Assembly: GCA_004764695.1 (NCBI GenBank)
Contig: SMSO01000033.1
Span: forward strand, 2,170,001-2,234,000
DNA length: 64,000 nt
Reading direction: 5' to 3'
DNA from: Schizochytrium sp. TIO01
Lineage: Eukaryota > Protista > Bigyra: Labyrinthulomycetes
The notes under the pieces are model-generated. The model saw only the letters and a program-made list of their open reading frames with translations. It made no database searches and was not told the DNA's origin. Positions 41,170 to 54,800 of the stretch are shown here, one piece after another. Positions within the stretch are counted from its first letter, which is position 1. Each line of letters begins with the position of its first letter. Both the position numbers and the translations under genes were made by a program.

Positions 41170-41640
41170 TTCTTATCTTTGGGCCCAATCGCTCGTATCT
41201 TGTCTCTGGAGAGAAAATTGTATAGGAGACTCGTGTTCTGGCCTTTTGATACAACCTTCGGTTTTAGTTTTTTAGATGATAGTGTGGTTTTCTTTTTGTA
41301 CGAAGGTCCTCCTTCATCCTCGTTTTCATTTTCATCATTAGATCGAGATCTAACGTTCTTTGCCTGAAATGAATGAGCCCTTTGGATGATTTCATTTTGT
41401 CTCCCTTGATTTCAGCGAGTAACGTTCACAGCTGATTCTGAGTTATTTTTTGTATTCCACTGATAATTGTTTCTTGTATCTTGTCCATCCTCGTTTCGAG
41501 ATTCTGTATTTCCGAGCCTTAAATCATCTTCTCTTTGTCCTTTCCGTCCGCTGCCATATATTCTTGCCATTCTTTAATAAGCTGCTTTAGTTCTCCTTAT
41601 TAGAGGAAGTCATTGATCTCTGTACATCAAGTTCGCATTC
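41170..41640 (-). pseudogene. Decayed reading frame (coiled-coil-like; possible mobile-element or viral relic)
   Basis: The minus-strand frame reads GELKQLIKEWQEYMAADGKDKEKMI*GSEIQNLETRMDKIQETIISGIQKITQNQL*TLLAEIKGDK, with in-frame stops at 41519-41521 and 41426-41428. Confidence 0.35.
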
Positions 41641-42385
41641 TTTAATGTTAAGCATTTTTGGTTCGATCGGCTCGTATGGTGGAAAGCGCAGAGATAACTT
41701 GAGAATAGAGTGAAACTAAGATAATGGCTCCGCGAGGTCTATCGAAGGAAACGTAAGAAAAAACGATTATGTTAGATCCAGGTTGCGACCTACCTAGCTG
41801 CGAGCAGGGCAGATGGTGTAGTAAGGTTCGTTTGGTCAGGTTAGCCCGCTAGCTTGATACTACTTTGATATCATTGCTCTCGCTAGTCAGACACAACTTC
41901 TATCAATGTTAAAATTAGGTTAGAAACTTTAAACCAAGCAACCTCATGAAGTACAAAAATCGATTGCAGCCTCAGTACAAGAAAAGGCTTTGTTTTCAAG
42001 ATGTCCCAGTTCTGGTCTTGCAAAAGCGTAGCACACATTAAAAAGAAACTACGGAGATTCTCTATTAAATCTTCATCATGCAAGGTTGGCTGGGATCTTG
42101 TGATTCATGTGTTAAGACTTGCAAAGTCATGAATCTGTTCAGTATGTAAGCATCGATGTGCGAAATACTGGATGGAAATGCGCGCCGTGAATTCTTACTG
42201 TGGCTTCAATAAGGGAGACATTGACTTTCTAACGCGGTATCAGTTTTACTCTTGTTTCGCATCTTTGTAATTCCAACGTGGCCTGGTTTTCCTTTGAGAC
42301 TTCTTATTCTGCAGGCTCGTTGCTGGCATGATTTGCATACATTCGTCTGAGCAAAAGCAACATTGAAGTAATATACAGCTCCTGT

Positions 42386-42408
42386 CTAACCTAACCTAAC
42401 CTAACCTA
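42386..42408 (-). repeat. (TTAGG)n-type tract, about 4.5 copies (CTAAC on + strand)
   Basis: ctaacctaacctaacctaaccta read directly. Confidence 0.8.
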
Positions 42409-43684
42409 GTTCTCCTGTCATTGGACTGACATCATGCATTCATCTCTACCTGTATCCAGACCTGAAACCCCAATAACTCATATATCATCCTCTTTCTCTT
42501 TCTCCTGAGTCCGTCATCATTGTCAGACTACCTCTCCACGCTTCACAGCACATGCTACTCTGCAATAAAAGGCAACATTGATGGATGGGATAATGTTCTC
42601 AAAAGTACACGAGACCATATGAGGAATAAGGATCAGAGTTCTTGCCAATGAGAAAGTTGGTTCTTGCAAAAATATACCCATTTGCTAATGTGCTGCAAGT
42701 TTCTTCTTCATTTGGCGTTGAATCACTCGTATTATAAGTAATTTTTCTGCCGCCAACAAAATGCGCCCATCTCTTATGCCAGAAAAATCACATTGATCGG
42801 CGAAAATCACATTTGCATATGCTGTGAAAGCAAACAAAAACGCAAAAGCAAAAGCAAGAGCTCCAAAACTCCATTCCAGTTCCTCCTATCTCAGATCCTG
42901 CTCATCAATACTATCGTCGTTCCAATGTACGCTAAACATAAATATATAAATAAAGAACACAACCTAATGTTTCGGAACACTTCCTCCAATTATCCCCATC
43001 TACAAGTTTACCAGTCCACCCTTCTTGGGCTGTCTATGTTCGGAAACCTTGGGCCACCACGGCGGGACGGCCTCTTTGTGTCTGAGGGGTTGTCTACCTA
43101 CCAGGGTGACGGTGTCTCAGTGTCCTCGCTCTTTGCTTTGGGAAGCGTTGATCGCCAAGGAGGAAGGAATTGGAGCAATGAATTAATTAATGAACGAATG
43201 AATGAATCAATCAACAGTCAATCACTCCCTCCATCCTCAGGCTCTCAGCGCGTGCTTCTCAGAAAGAAAGCAAGCAGAGGAGGGTCCGCGAACCGCGCCG
43301 CCCGGAGCCGCCTCCGTCTTGGCCTCTTCTTCTTCGTCGCCTGCTGTGCTGCTTTCTTGCTTTGCCAGAAGCTGAGGCCGTCCTCACGTCCTTACGTCAT
43401 CTGCCAAAGAAGAAGAGAAGATCTCAGAGGAAGAGAGAAAGAAAGAGAGAAAGAAAGAGAGAAAGAAAGAGAAGGAAGAAAGAGCGATATCTCCATCCAT
43501 CCTCGCAGATTGGGCTCGCTCTTCCGCGCCCTCCTATGGTAAACAATAGGAGGTGCCTAGCGCTGTGCTCTGCAGGACGATGGGGATTCATTCATTCATT
43601 CATTCATTCATCTTGACGGGGCTCCATCCTTGACGGCTTCGGAAAAGGCCGAGGTTCGCTCTTTGTTTGCTTTGGCCTCTTGAT

Positions 43685-43740
43685 TGACTGACTGACTGAC
43701 TGACTGACTGACTGACTGACTGACTGACTGATTGATTGAT
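43685..43740. repeat. (TGAC)n/(TGAT)n microsatellite
   Basis: About 11 TGAC units followed by TGAT units. Confidence 0.9.
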
Positions 43741-43927
43741 AACCTTCATTCGGGAGGGCTGAGGAGAGTTCATCGCGGCCGTCTGTGCCATGGATGCATC
43801 AATTGCATATGCATTCTGTACCCTACTGCTTAGCTCTCGTTAGCGCGGACGTTGAGCCAACTAGAGAAACCGGAGAAGAAGAACCTTATTCAGGAAAAGA
43901 AACTATTCAAAGAAGCTTCTCCCATAG

Positions 43928-43982
<55 letters not shown>
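43928..43982. repeat. (TTTA)n microsatellite
   Basis: About 13 perfect units. Confidence 0.9.
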
Positions 43983-43984
<2 letters not shown>

Positions 43985-44347
43985 AATGTTTTTTAAAATT
44001 AAATTATTACTATTAAAGTAAAAGAAACATGGAGGTGTCTGTTTCTGTTTGCCCCGTTCCCCGTTCTCTCACAAGAGTTGGTTGTACTCAGTGTGCGCCT
44101 GTCACGCTTCTGTGAGGCTCACTTGGTCCCCGCTGCTTGCTTTCTTTCTTTCATTTAGGGAGAGAGGACCGCCATCAATGACCCCTGCCTGCTCACTCAC
44201 CTCGAGCGTGTCTGAAAAGAAGAGCTGTTCTTTCAATAGGCCGGTGCATGCATGCATAGCGAGCAGCGGGCATGGCGAGGAAAAGGAGATCGAATGAACA
44301 CTTATATCCCTTTTTCAGAATCCAAAGTTCATCTAATTCATCGTAAA

Positions 44348-44378
<31 letters not shown>

Positions 44379-47300
44379 CCTTTCTTTGTTCAAGAGGTAA
44401 AAGCCTCGAAGTTTTAAATATTTTTTAAGATAGTATTTATTTTTTAATTATAAATTTAAATAGGTTTGTGTTGAAATTGGAGTTGAAAGCACACAAAAGC
44501 GATTCTTTAAAGTGAAAGAAAGGAGAGCAGCGGATGGATATCTTCTCTCTCGCGCGAGAATGTTCCTGAGCATCCGCCTCCTCATTTGCCTGCCTCTTGG
44601 CCTTGTCGCAGGCGGGTGCGGGACGTGTGCACGGTCTGATGCAGCCATCCACATCCCTCAGGTCTGTTTCATTCTGACTGTCACGGCCCATCGCAAGACG
44701 TGCAGGCGCAGAGAGCATGATCGTGGTATTATCATTACAATTCAATTAAAGTTTTTCATCATCGAAACAATATTAGTACTTCATTGAACGTGGAGATATT
44801 AGAAACAAACAAACAAACAAACAAACAAGAAATAAAACGTTTTTGTACAAGGCAAAAAAAGGACGAATCGATCGATGAGCCTCCGTGAACAATCAGAGAG
44901 CACGCATTCCCTTCCACTCACCTCGATAAATGAGCTTGGCCTCCCGCCTGCCTGCCTGCTCTGGCACAGCTTTCCTGAGGCGTCCCAAGCCTCGTGGGCG
45001 TCTGTCTGTCTGTCTCTCTCCCTTCCATCATCAAGCCCAAGAAGAAGCTAGCTAGCTAGCTTTCGTTAAATCTCAAGTGGAAAAGCGAGCTTCAAGTTGC
45101 TTCTCTTTCATGCATGTCAGCCGCTGTTGTTCTGTTTTCTCTCCGTCGTTCTCCTTGTTTGTCCTTGAAGAAGAACAGCAGCAGCTAGCTGCAACTTTCT
45201 CTGTCCAGAAAGGCCAAACAAGCGAAGAAGAAGAAGAAGAAGAAGAAGAAGACCACCTCTCATTCCCACGCCCAGTTGATAAGCCTTCCTTCCTCACGGC
45301 AGGCCGCGATATTGTTCGTTTGTTTGTTTGTTTGTTTGTTTGTTTGTTCGTATGTTTGTTTGTATCTTTCCCATTCGCTTCTTCTTCTTCATTTGAGGGG
45401 CGAAGAAGCAAGCTCTCTCAAATTTAGCGTCGCTGAGCTGCAGGTTCGAGGAGTACCTCTCTTCTTCATCTGCCAACTTGACGACGCGTACGCAGGCACA
45501 CACACACAGACAGAAGCGCGGATGGCCGCCGCCTTTCCGTCGTTCTGCGCCATCCACGATTGATTTGAGTCTCGTCGTCGCGCTTAAAAGATGGAGGACG
45601 CTTTCTCTGCTTTGCTTTTCTCTGCTCTGCTTTGGAATCACTTCATTCATTCTTTCATTCTTTCATTCATTCATTCATTCTCTCTTCTTCTGCGGGAGGG
45701 CCGCCGCTTCTTTCATGGCTATTGCTGATGCACCCGCGACGAACTCGGGCCCATGGCATGCAGGGAAGCAGGCTCCGCTCCGCCTTGGTGGCCTCAGGCG
45801 CCTTTCTCGATCTATGCGAGCGAGCGTGAGCAGCGTATGCAGCGGTGGCGAAGTTCTCTTTCTCAACATTGCGAACCAACCTTCAAGTTGTGATCTTGAA
45901 ATGGCGACCGTGATTGATTTTGACCTCCAACATTGAGGGTCGCTTACCTTTCTTAGTCCTTCGGGTCGGTCTCTTCTTGCCAACTAATAATTAGAAAGAA
46001 ATGCTCATCGAGAGGAAACATAACTGTTCTCGCTTCGCTTTGGAAAATAGTCATGTTTTAAATGTTTTAAAGTTAAAGCTGATTAGACTAAACAGAATTC
46101 CGTTTTTTTTTTTTTTTTTTTTTTTAAATAAATATTTTTAATATTTATTTATTTTATAAATATTTTTAATATAAGAATTTATGAGAGAAATAATAAAAAA
46201 TAATAAATACTTTTTTTTCCAAAAAAAATTAAAGGAAAAAGGAGGATTGTTATGTCTTACAATGCAGCACAGACTGAGAAACTATAAATAAGTATGGGGA
46301 ATAAGAAGAAGGCAACGAATAAAGCTCTGCACGGCATCTTGAAAAACAGAGAGTGCATGCTGCACATACATGTTAAGAGCAGGGCACGCAGCGCGTCCCT
46401 CCCGTCAAGAATAATGAATGAATGAGATGAAATAAAATAAAATGAAATGAAATGAATGAATGAATGAATCAATCAGGCAGTCAATGAAATCAATCAACGC
46501 CCAGTCAAGTCAAGTCCACAGACCCTTGAGGTAAACTAAACTAAACTAAACCAAACTGCAGCGCAGCCATGCTCACTCAGGTACCAGCACGGGGCCGCAG
46601 CAAGTGGCGTAGCTCCAAGCGCCTGAGCAGGTAAATCTGCTTCAGGATTTACAACTAAACCAACCAACTACTAACTAACTAGCTAACTAACTAACGAACT
46701 AACTTTATTGACTAAATCCATCAGTCAGTCAATCAGTCAGTCAACGAATGAGATGAAAACCCACGGGCATCCCATGGTAAGGAAGAGCAGTCACCGCCAT
46801 TGCCATTGCGCTGGGAAGTCAACCTTCGCGCATGGATGCCTGGATGAGCGAGAGTTGAGTGAGTTGTTTCTTGCAGCTACGAGCGACACTCAACAGAGAC
46901 AGACAGACCTACAAAGAGACAGACAGACACAGTCACAGTCAAGTGTGTCACTGGCGGGACCAAGTTACGCGTAACTCGGGAAATTCGAGTTCTTTCCATC
47001 ATTGCCGGAAGCCAGTAGCAGGTGCTAGGCGCCGCCTAGGCGCGCAGGAAGGACAGGTGCGGACAGAGTGGATTTCCAGACTTTTCCCTGTTTTTCTGCC
47101 CTGTCGCTCGTGATCCATTCTCTTCAGTTCAGGCGGAGAGTGTCTGGTTTTGAGGGCGTTATTCTTCGCCGCCGATCGTTCCACGGACCGCTCTGAAGGG
47201 AGTTTTTGGAGTTTGGTTTTAGAAGGGGCCACGCGCGGGTTCCGCTCGGCGTCGTTAATTTAGAATCCCGTTTCGATGTTGTTATTTATTTTTTTCAGTG

Positions 47301-50300
47301 CTGGCGCCTAGTGAGCGGCTAGTAGTAGTTATTACCTTCCTGGTAGCCAAAAGGAGAATGGTTGAACTTAGAGACTGAGTCGCTGAAAAATACCAGGAAT
47401 GGAGAAAAATCATTCTGAGGAATGCACTACTTCCATCCGAAAGGGTCATCTGCAGCTTTTGCCCTGAGTCCATGATTGCAGAGGGCCTTCAGGAATAGCG
47501 CTGCCTGGCTCCGAGGCGAGGATTCAATGCCCAGGAATCAAAACCTAGGCACTGGAGTAAATAGCTAGCTGCCAGAAACTAGCTGACTATTTTATCTATA
47601 ACCTGCAACTAACTATGCAGCACATACCTGTACTATATATCAATGAGTAAATGTATAGATAATGAAATAAATAAATAAATAAATAAATAAATAAAAAGGT
47701 CTGAATGGAAAGGATTGAAGAGAACTTCCGTGACTCCAAGAGGAAGGAGCAGGCTACAGGTCCTTTTGCGTCCTCCGAGCGTCGCGAAGGTACTGACTGC
47801 GACTTTGGCCACTCTCTCTCTCTCTCTCACTCCGGAGCTCAGGCACTCGTGCGCGCTCGCCGCTTTGCTTAGCTCGGCTTGCCTCCTTCATTTCCGCGCT
47901 TTCCGCACGTGCTCTTTCTTTATTTCTTTCTTTCTCGAGATTGAATTGAAACGCGCCGCTCTCCAACAGAAAAGCGCAATCTTCTTTCGCGGCTCAGGTC
48001 CTGCAACCGTCCTCCGGCACCAACTTAGGTCGCAAGCACCCCGCTGTGTGTGTCTCGCATTGTGTACTGATTATTGCGTATTGTACTGTGTATTCAATCA
48101 AGCAATGAATCAAATCAATCAATCATTTATTCATTCATTCACTTATTCATTCTGCAAAGATGCTGGCCAGTGTGTACTGGTGTGCGGTTTCAACCTACAG
48201 CTTGGCCAGAATCAACTTGACATGGGTATGCAGGTGAGGCGGTGCACATCGCCGCCCACAACTTCAGCTGTCTGCTACAAGACCTCGTCCATGTGCAGAG
48301 GCTGGTCGGCCGTAGCCTCTCTTTCACGCGCCGCAGCCCTGGCACGCCCTTCCTTCTTGCGCATATGAATTAATTGAAAATCAAGTGTTAGTAATGATGA
48401 TGATAATGCTGATGAGAATACATTAACAGAAAACATGGCCTAGACTACTGCATGCATGCATTCATTCATTCATTCATTCATTCATTCATTCATTCACTCA
48501 GGTCACTGTGATCCTCTGAACCTGAAAGTGATCATGATGGTCAATGAGGCCAAAATAAATGCAAAGCGGAAGACACAAATTCAAACTTTCGACGCAGCGA
48601 TAGCTAGGTACAAGCTTTGATTTGATTTGATTTGATCCTGAGTTTCTGCACAAGCACTGCGCGCGAGATAAAGCAAGAGGAGGCTCAGGCGAGAGCAAGA
48701 GCGCGTAGGCCATCTCTGGCGAGCGAAGCAGGCTAGAATCCAATAAGAGAAAGAAAGAAAGAAAGAAAGAAAGAGGCGAAGGAAGAAGGAAATAGCAGGA
48801 AGCAGAAGGAGAAACAACCAGGCCTCTCTTCTCTTCTCTAGATCAGCCGCTGCCTCGAGGAGCGCTGCGGTTTGGAGATCAGCGGCGCAGAGAGTGAGCG
48901 AGGCAAAGAGACACAGCACACAGCGGGCGGACCTGAGGGACGGCTTGAGATACTACGTAGCCGTCAAACCTCACAAAGTTATCTGTGGTCTGCTGCAGAG
49001 GCGGCAGGCGCTGCAAGGGAAACGAGCACGTGCTTGCTTGCCTATTGGCCGGCTGGCTTGCTGCGATTGTAAGTAAGCAAAACACTACAGTTGCGTGCGG
49101 CACGTTCGATTCGCCATTTTGAGCACACGCGTTTTTTCTTTCTTTCGCTGCCTTAGGAAACGCGCCAGAATAGGCGACGACACAAAGAAGCAAAAAAAGC
49201 AGCAGCAGCATTAGCACATAACGAACGCGGCGATGCCTGCCCGGCTTGTCGTCGATCAGTCGCGAGCAGTCGACCAGTGGCCAGCCTGGGAGCAGCGGGA
49301 GGACGGAGAATTCAAGCTCTCGAGGCCAGCCTCGCCTCGCTTCGGGATGCGCCGGCAGGACGGTGGTTTGGGCAAGCAACATGGGCACCAGCTTCCTGCG
49401 ATGTTTTGGAAACTTGCAGGTATTTATTTACCTACCCAGCGTCCTAGTACTAGTTCTTAAGTGTTGGAGCGGAGTTTCATGAGTGCCCTCAGAACAGCGC
49501 AGCGCATGCACGAAGAAATAAAAGCCTTGCTTTTCAAGTCTTCAGGTTATCCGAAAGCTTGGTGTGGCCAAGAGAGGCTTGGAAGCTAGGCACCCTTCCA
49601 CGGGAGGCGTCCTTCTGGATATTTGCAAGTGCGCGAAGAAGCCGCGCGCACGTCGACAGCAGCGCAGCCTTCTTTGAAGGCGCTGGCTAGCCAGCTCTAC
49701 TTTTGTGGACAAGAGAGTGCTCTTCTTGCTTGCTTGCGGGAAGGATGGGAAAAGGTCTTGGGAGCTCTTTGGGAGAAGAAGAAGAAGAAGAAGAAGAAGA
49801 AGAAGGCTTCCAGGAAAACAGCGATGCCTCTCAGGTCTGCCTTCTGCTCTGATAAAGCGAATAAGCGAAATAAAGCAAGCAAGTGATTGGGAGAATTCCA
49901 GCTTTCTGGGCGAGCCCAAAGATTGCTCGCTTCCTTCTACTCTCTCACGTTGGAGGAACTTACTGACGGAGAGCAGGAAGGAAGGAAGAAGCCAAGTTCG
50001 CTTGATTATAACCAGGAAGAAGAAGAAGAAGAAGAAGAAGGCAATCAATCATCTTTTCGGAAGACGGAAAAGATGGGAAAACATGGAGTGAGCAAGAAAG
50101 GAAAAGGAGTCCAAGCTCTCAGGATGCCGAGGGTTCCGGCACGAAGGCAGAAGCCGACGGAGGCTGGACACGCTGCAGATCGCAGCCAGATGAGCGGAGC
50201 GGCCACTGTCGAAGCTACCGCACAGGGATGGATACCAAGAGCTTCGTGTTGATGGTATGCATGGGCGACGAAAGGTATGGATCGATTGCAGCGCGTGCTG

Positions 50301-50454
50301 TCTTCTCTCTGTTTTCTGCTTCTTTCTTGCTTTGTTTCTGTGGATTGTCTTCCTTCTCTTTTTAGAAGAAGAGAAATAAAAATAAAAAGAGAAAGAAAGA
50401 TGAAAGGAAAGATAAAAGGAAAGATAAAAGGAAAGATAAAATAAAAATAAAATT

Positions 50455-50690
50455 AGAATAAAAATAGAATAAAATAGAATAAAAATAGAATAAAAATAGA
50501 ATAAAAATAGAATAAAAATAGAATAAAAATAGAATAAAAATAGAATAAAAATAGAATAAAATAGAATAAAAATAGAATAAAAATAGAATAAAAATAGAAT
50601 AAAAATAGAATAAAAATAGAATAAAAATAGAATAAAAATTAAATAAAAATTAAATGAAAATAGAATAAAAATTAAATGAAAATTAAATGA
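50455..50690. repeat. AT-rich 11-bp minisatellite (AATAAAAATAG)n
   Basis: Tandem AATAAAAATAG units with occasional 10-bp variants, degenerating to AATGAAAATTA at the right end. Confidence 0.9.
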
Positions 50691-51692
50691 AAAGAAAGGG
50701 GAAGGTCCTGAGCGATCCCTTTTTTTCGAACTTTGTATATGGAGATTTAAGAAAAAAACACTTGACGAAGAAAAGTACAACTTTTGATCACGTTGAAAAA
50801 AAAAGCCTTTTTAATTTATGAGTTAATAAAAGACGAGAAAAAAACAAATGAATAGTTGTCGCCTGAAAAACATTTTCCTGATAAATTGAAAACATATTTT
50901 GAGATCTAATAATTATTTTCTCGCTTGTAGAATGGTACAATACTATTAAAAACATATAAATATCAATAAAATCTTACATTAAATACATAATAAATAAAAA
51001 GGCTTCTTTAAGATTAAATAATAGATCTTACATCTTGTTTAATTACTTGAAAGTCCATTTAGAAAAGGCAACAGCAAAAAAGAAGAAGTAAATTTCACTT
51101 GATCACTGCGGGTTGTAGGTTTGTATGGGGCGCTGTATTTTAACTAAAAATAAGGCAGTGAACGAGTAAAACAAATGTGGCCTCAAACAACTAATAACCA
51201 ACCACCCAAATACTGCCAACCTCCAGTGATGCCCATGAGGGCGGCACATGCTACTAAATGGCACATGGAAACGCTTGGCGCGAAGCCTTTTGCCATGGTG
51301 ACCATCAGTTGGGACTGTGCTTTCGTAATTCGATGAGCCCTGAAGAAGTTTTCTTCCCACAACACTCCATCAGAGCAGCACCTCGATCAAGTACAGCTGA
51401 TTTTAGCTAGCTACCAGTGGTCGCAAGGAATAGAGACAGAAATTGATTATGTAAAAGCAGAGAACTCCTGGCGAGAATGCCAATCGCCGACTCCATGGAC
51501 GGTCTCCAGCTCTCCAGGAAAGCTGGCATCAACATGGGCAGAAAATGAGGAGGAAAGAGCTACAGTCAGCGACGGTAGTGAACTCTTTGAAGCCTCTCGA
51601 CTCCCCCGTGATGAATGATCAATGCTCCCCTGTAACCTCCTGTTGACCAAGGAGGACCTAATATGATTTAGCAGAGTTTTACAGGAGACTAC

Positions 51693-51810
51693 AATGCTAT
51701 AATGCTGTAATGCTGTAATGCCATAATGCTGTAATGCTATAATGCTGTAATGCTGTAATGCCATAATGCTGTAATGCTGTAATGCTGTAATGCTGTAATG
51801 CTGTAATGCC
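51693..51810. repeat. 8-bp minisatellite (AATGCTGT)n with a 40-bp higher-order duplication
   Basis: About 14.7 units; the variant order ctat-ctgt-ctgt-ccat-ctgt occurs twice. Confidence 0.9.
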
Positions 51811-54800
51811 AATGCATAAAACCATAATACATTCAGACGCTCACTCGGGTCGATGCGTGGGTGGATAAGTTTTAAAAGACTTCATTCTTCTCACTCAATG
51901 GATACTCCCGTTCATGGCGGCTGTGCTTTGCTCGGCCTTGAGTCATGAAACGATCATGTAAGTAAAGCTAACGTAACGTGAGAGGCAGTGGCAGTGAGTG
52001 GGTACAGCATGGACTCACTCACGGCACTTGAATCAACTCGAACCACACATCCATGCATGTATGCATGCATGAATGCATGCTACCTCCTGCAGCAGACGAG
52101 ATGAGCGGTTTACCAAAGCTAGCTGTTATGTTACCTCTCCTTTCGTATAAAATCGAAGCAGCCGTGAAGACATTCGTTTGTAATTTATCAGGGGACTCAA
52201 CGAGAAGTAAGAAATCGTGCTTGTCACAGTTGAGTCAGCAAGTCCAGTCTATCAGCAATCAATCGGCTCGTACTTAGTTTATAAAACTGACTCGGAGCAG
52301 TCTGCTGTGGCAGCGAACTTTGGAGCTACCAAGAGATGGGCTTATTAGCGTTCCTCCGCGCGGAAAGAAGCCGGCGGTGCGTGCTGTTTGTTTGGAGGAT
52401 TGATTTCGCAGTCTTCCTCTTTCTCGAGTGCGGTCTCGTAACTTGAGGCTCGTGAGCAATGCCAGACCGGGCAAAGCGATGCGGCTGGTCATAGAGCTCA
52501 GGCTCTGTCTATGGGAATTTTAAAGGGTGGCTGCTGCTATAATGCCGCCGCTGCTTTAATAATGTGGTCCAGTGCCAAACAAAGAGAGACGAGAGCGCGG
52601 GTACAGCGAATGATCCAAAGCAATGGTGCCAAGATGACTGTGCGAGTCTTCTCGTGCCGCTTTGGCTCCTCCTCCTTCAAACAAATAAACAAACAAACAA
52701 ATAAATAAACAAATAAATAAATTACCACCGATCTTGCCTCGGTGCAGCTATTTACATGGGAGCTGAACGAAGCGAACAAGGGCCTCCGTTAGCTTTTCTC
52801 GCGACGTATGCTGCGGTGAATGAACGAGGCCAACTTCAACAAATGAGCGGCGGACCTCGCCCCCATCTTGTAACGTGAAGTAAGCACGTCGTCTCATCCA
52901 AGGTATGCGCTGCGCATTCTGGCGGTAGCGCGTGCACGTCAAAGCTCGCTGTTTGCAAGGCCAGCCTTAGATCTCCACGATCGCTGGCTAGTTTCACGGC
53001 TGGCTGGCTGGTTGGCCAGCAATGTCTTGGCAGCCATGGTCGCGGCGAGCTGTGTTCTATGGCTGGGTGCTTTTGTGCATCACGAGCATGCCCGGAACGC
53101 AAGGATACTGAGAAGCAAGGTTTTCTTGGCTGAAGAAGCTTGAAGCAGCCTAGACAGTGAGCTCGCACTTTTTGCTTTCTCAGTTGGTACCTAGTACCAC
53201 TTATTGATTTCTGTGAGAATCATTTCTTGAGATGCAGCTCTCTCCAATCTCAGGGAGCGGGACCTGATGCGCTCTCTCTTCATGGATAGCCGCGAGAAAT
53301 GCGCTTAGACAAAGAAACAAACAAAGAGATAAACTCGTAGCTCGTGCAGTAATCTGCAAAGGAAGGCATCGCCACGCAGAAAAGAGCAGCCGTCATGAAA
53401 CGTCGCGGCTTCGTACAGACAGATAACACGGTTATTAGGGAGGAGGAAGGTAGCTAGTTAGCCAGCTAGCTACTACTATGCGCTTACTAAAAACAAGAAA
53501 GAAGACAGCAGCGATGGTGGCTAAAAGCTGAAGAACATGGGAGATACTTCTCGGGAGCTTTTGTCTCCCTCTGTCTGCAGATGATCTCTCCATGGTCAAC
53601 ATCGGTGGGAGTTCTCGTACGGTGGAGGTCCGAAGTCCACAGGTTTGGTTGTTTTCTCAGCAAAACGCCGCGAGAGCGAAAGCCCATCTCTGCCTTTTCT
53701 AAAAACAAAATAATAAGGAGAAAGAGAGAGAAAAAAAAGGGCAAGGTCCATAGGCCAATGCGTAGCTGAGGGCTTAGAGTCCAGAACCCTTGGCTTACGA
53801 AGCCACAGAGCGCACACTTCGCTGACTCAAGCGTAGAGAACAGTGCGAAAACGCGGAACCTCGGCTATTATCAAATACACAGTCCATCTCCTGTGCAATC
53901 ATTCGTTCCCCATTCGGTCCCCACCATCAGTTGGTTTCTCATCATTTCGCAGCAGTGAATGCATACACGGACGAATGGAATGAATGAATGAATGAATGAA
54001 TGAATGAATGAGTGAATGAGTGGATTAAAAAGTCGAATCTTTCGATATGCTATTTGTGGTGTCCATTATCTCGTACTAGCGAAAGCCCGACTGCGATGCG
54101 AATGCTGCCGTGTAACGCAGAAGTTGGCCAAGTTCTCTACCTCGATTCGAACACTAGTACGCATTTTGTTTGCATCGATGTCCGTGTACCAATTTCCACA
54201 AACAAGGCGACACTTGTAAATTTTGCGTAAAGCGAACAACCGCGCAAAGTATTTCAGGTCCTTCGTTACCGCTTATGCGTTGATGTTGGTGTTACTGTTC
54301 TTCAAGTATTGTGCGCTGCCACGTTACCTCCTCAATGGTCACTCAATTCAATTCAATTCAATTATCCAATCCAATCCAATTCAATTCAATTCAATTGATC
54401 GTCTCTTACCTAATATGCGGCGAATGGTCACAAGGTTGTTGCGCGCCGCGCTGCGAACGCGTGCGCCTTTCTCTGCTTTGCTTTGTTTTGCTTTGCTTTG
54501 CCTTTCCTTTCTTCCTTTCCACATTTCTCCTTTTTTAAAATTTAAAAATCAAAATAAAAATCAAAGAATATACATTTTGAACTAAAATTAAAACTTAAAC
54601 AACCGCCCGCAACAAGAAGCTTTGAAGTTTTGTTAAATTATATCATGATGATTTAGAAAAACATTTACATTTTCAAAAAACAAAAAACAAAAACATTTAA
54701 TTGCTAAATTAAATAAATAAATTAAATAAATAATTAAATAAATAAAAATGTACACAGCATAAAACTTTCACGTTCTTTCACTCCAAAATAAAACAAATTA

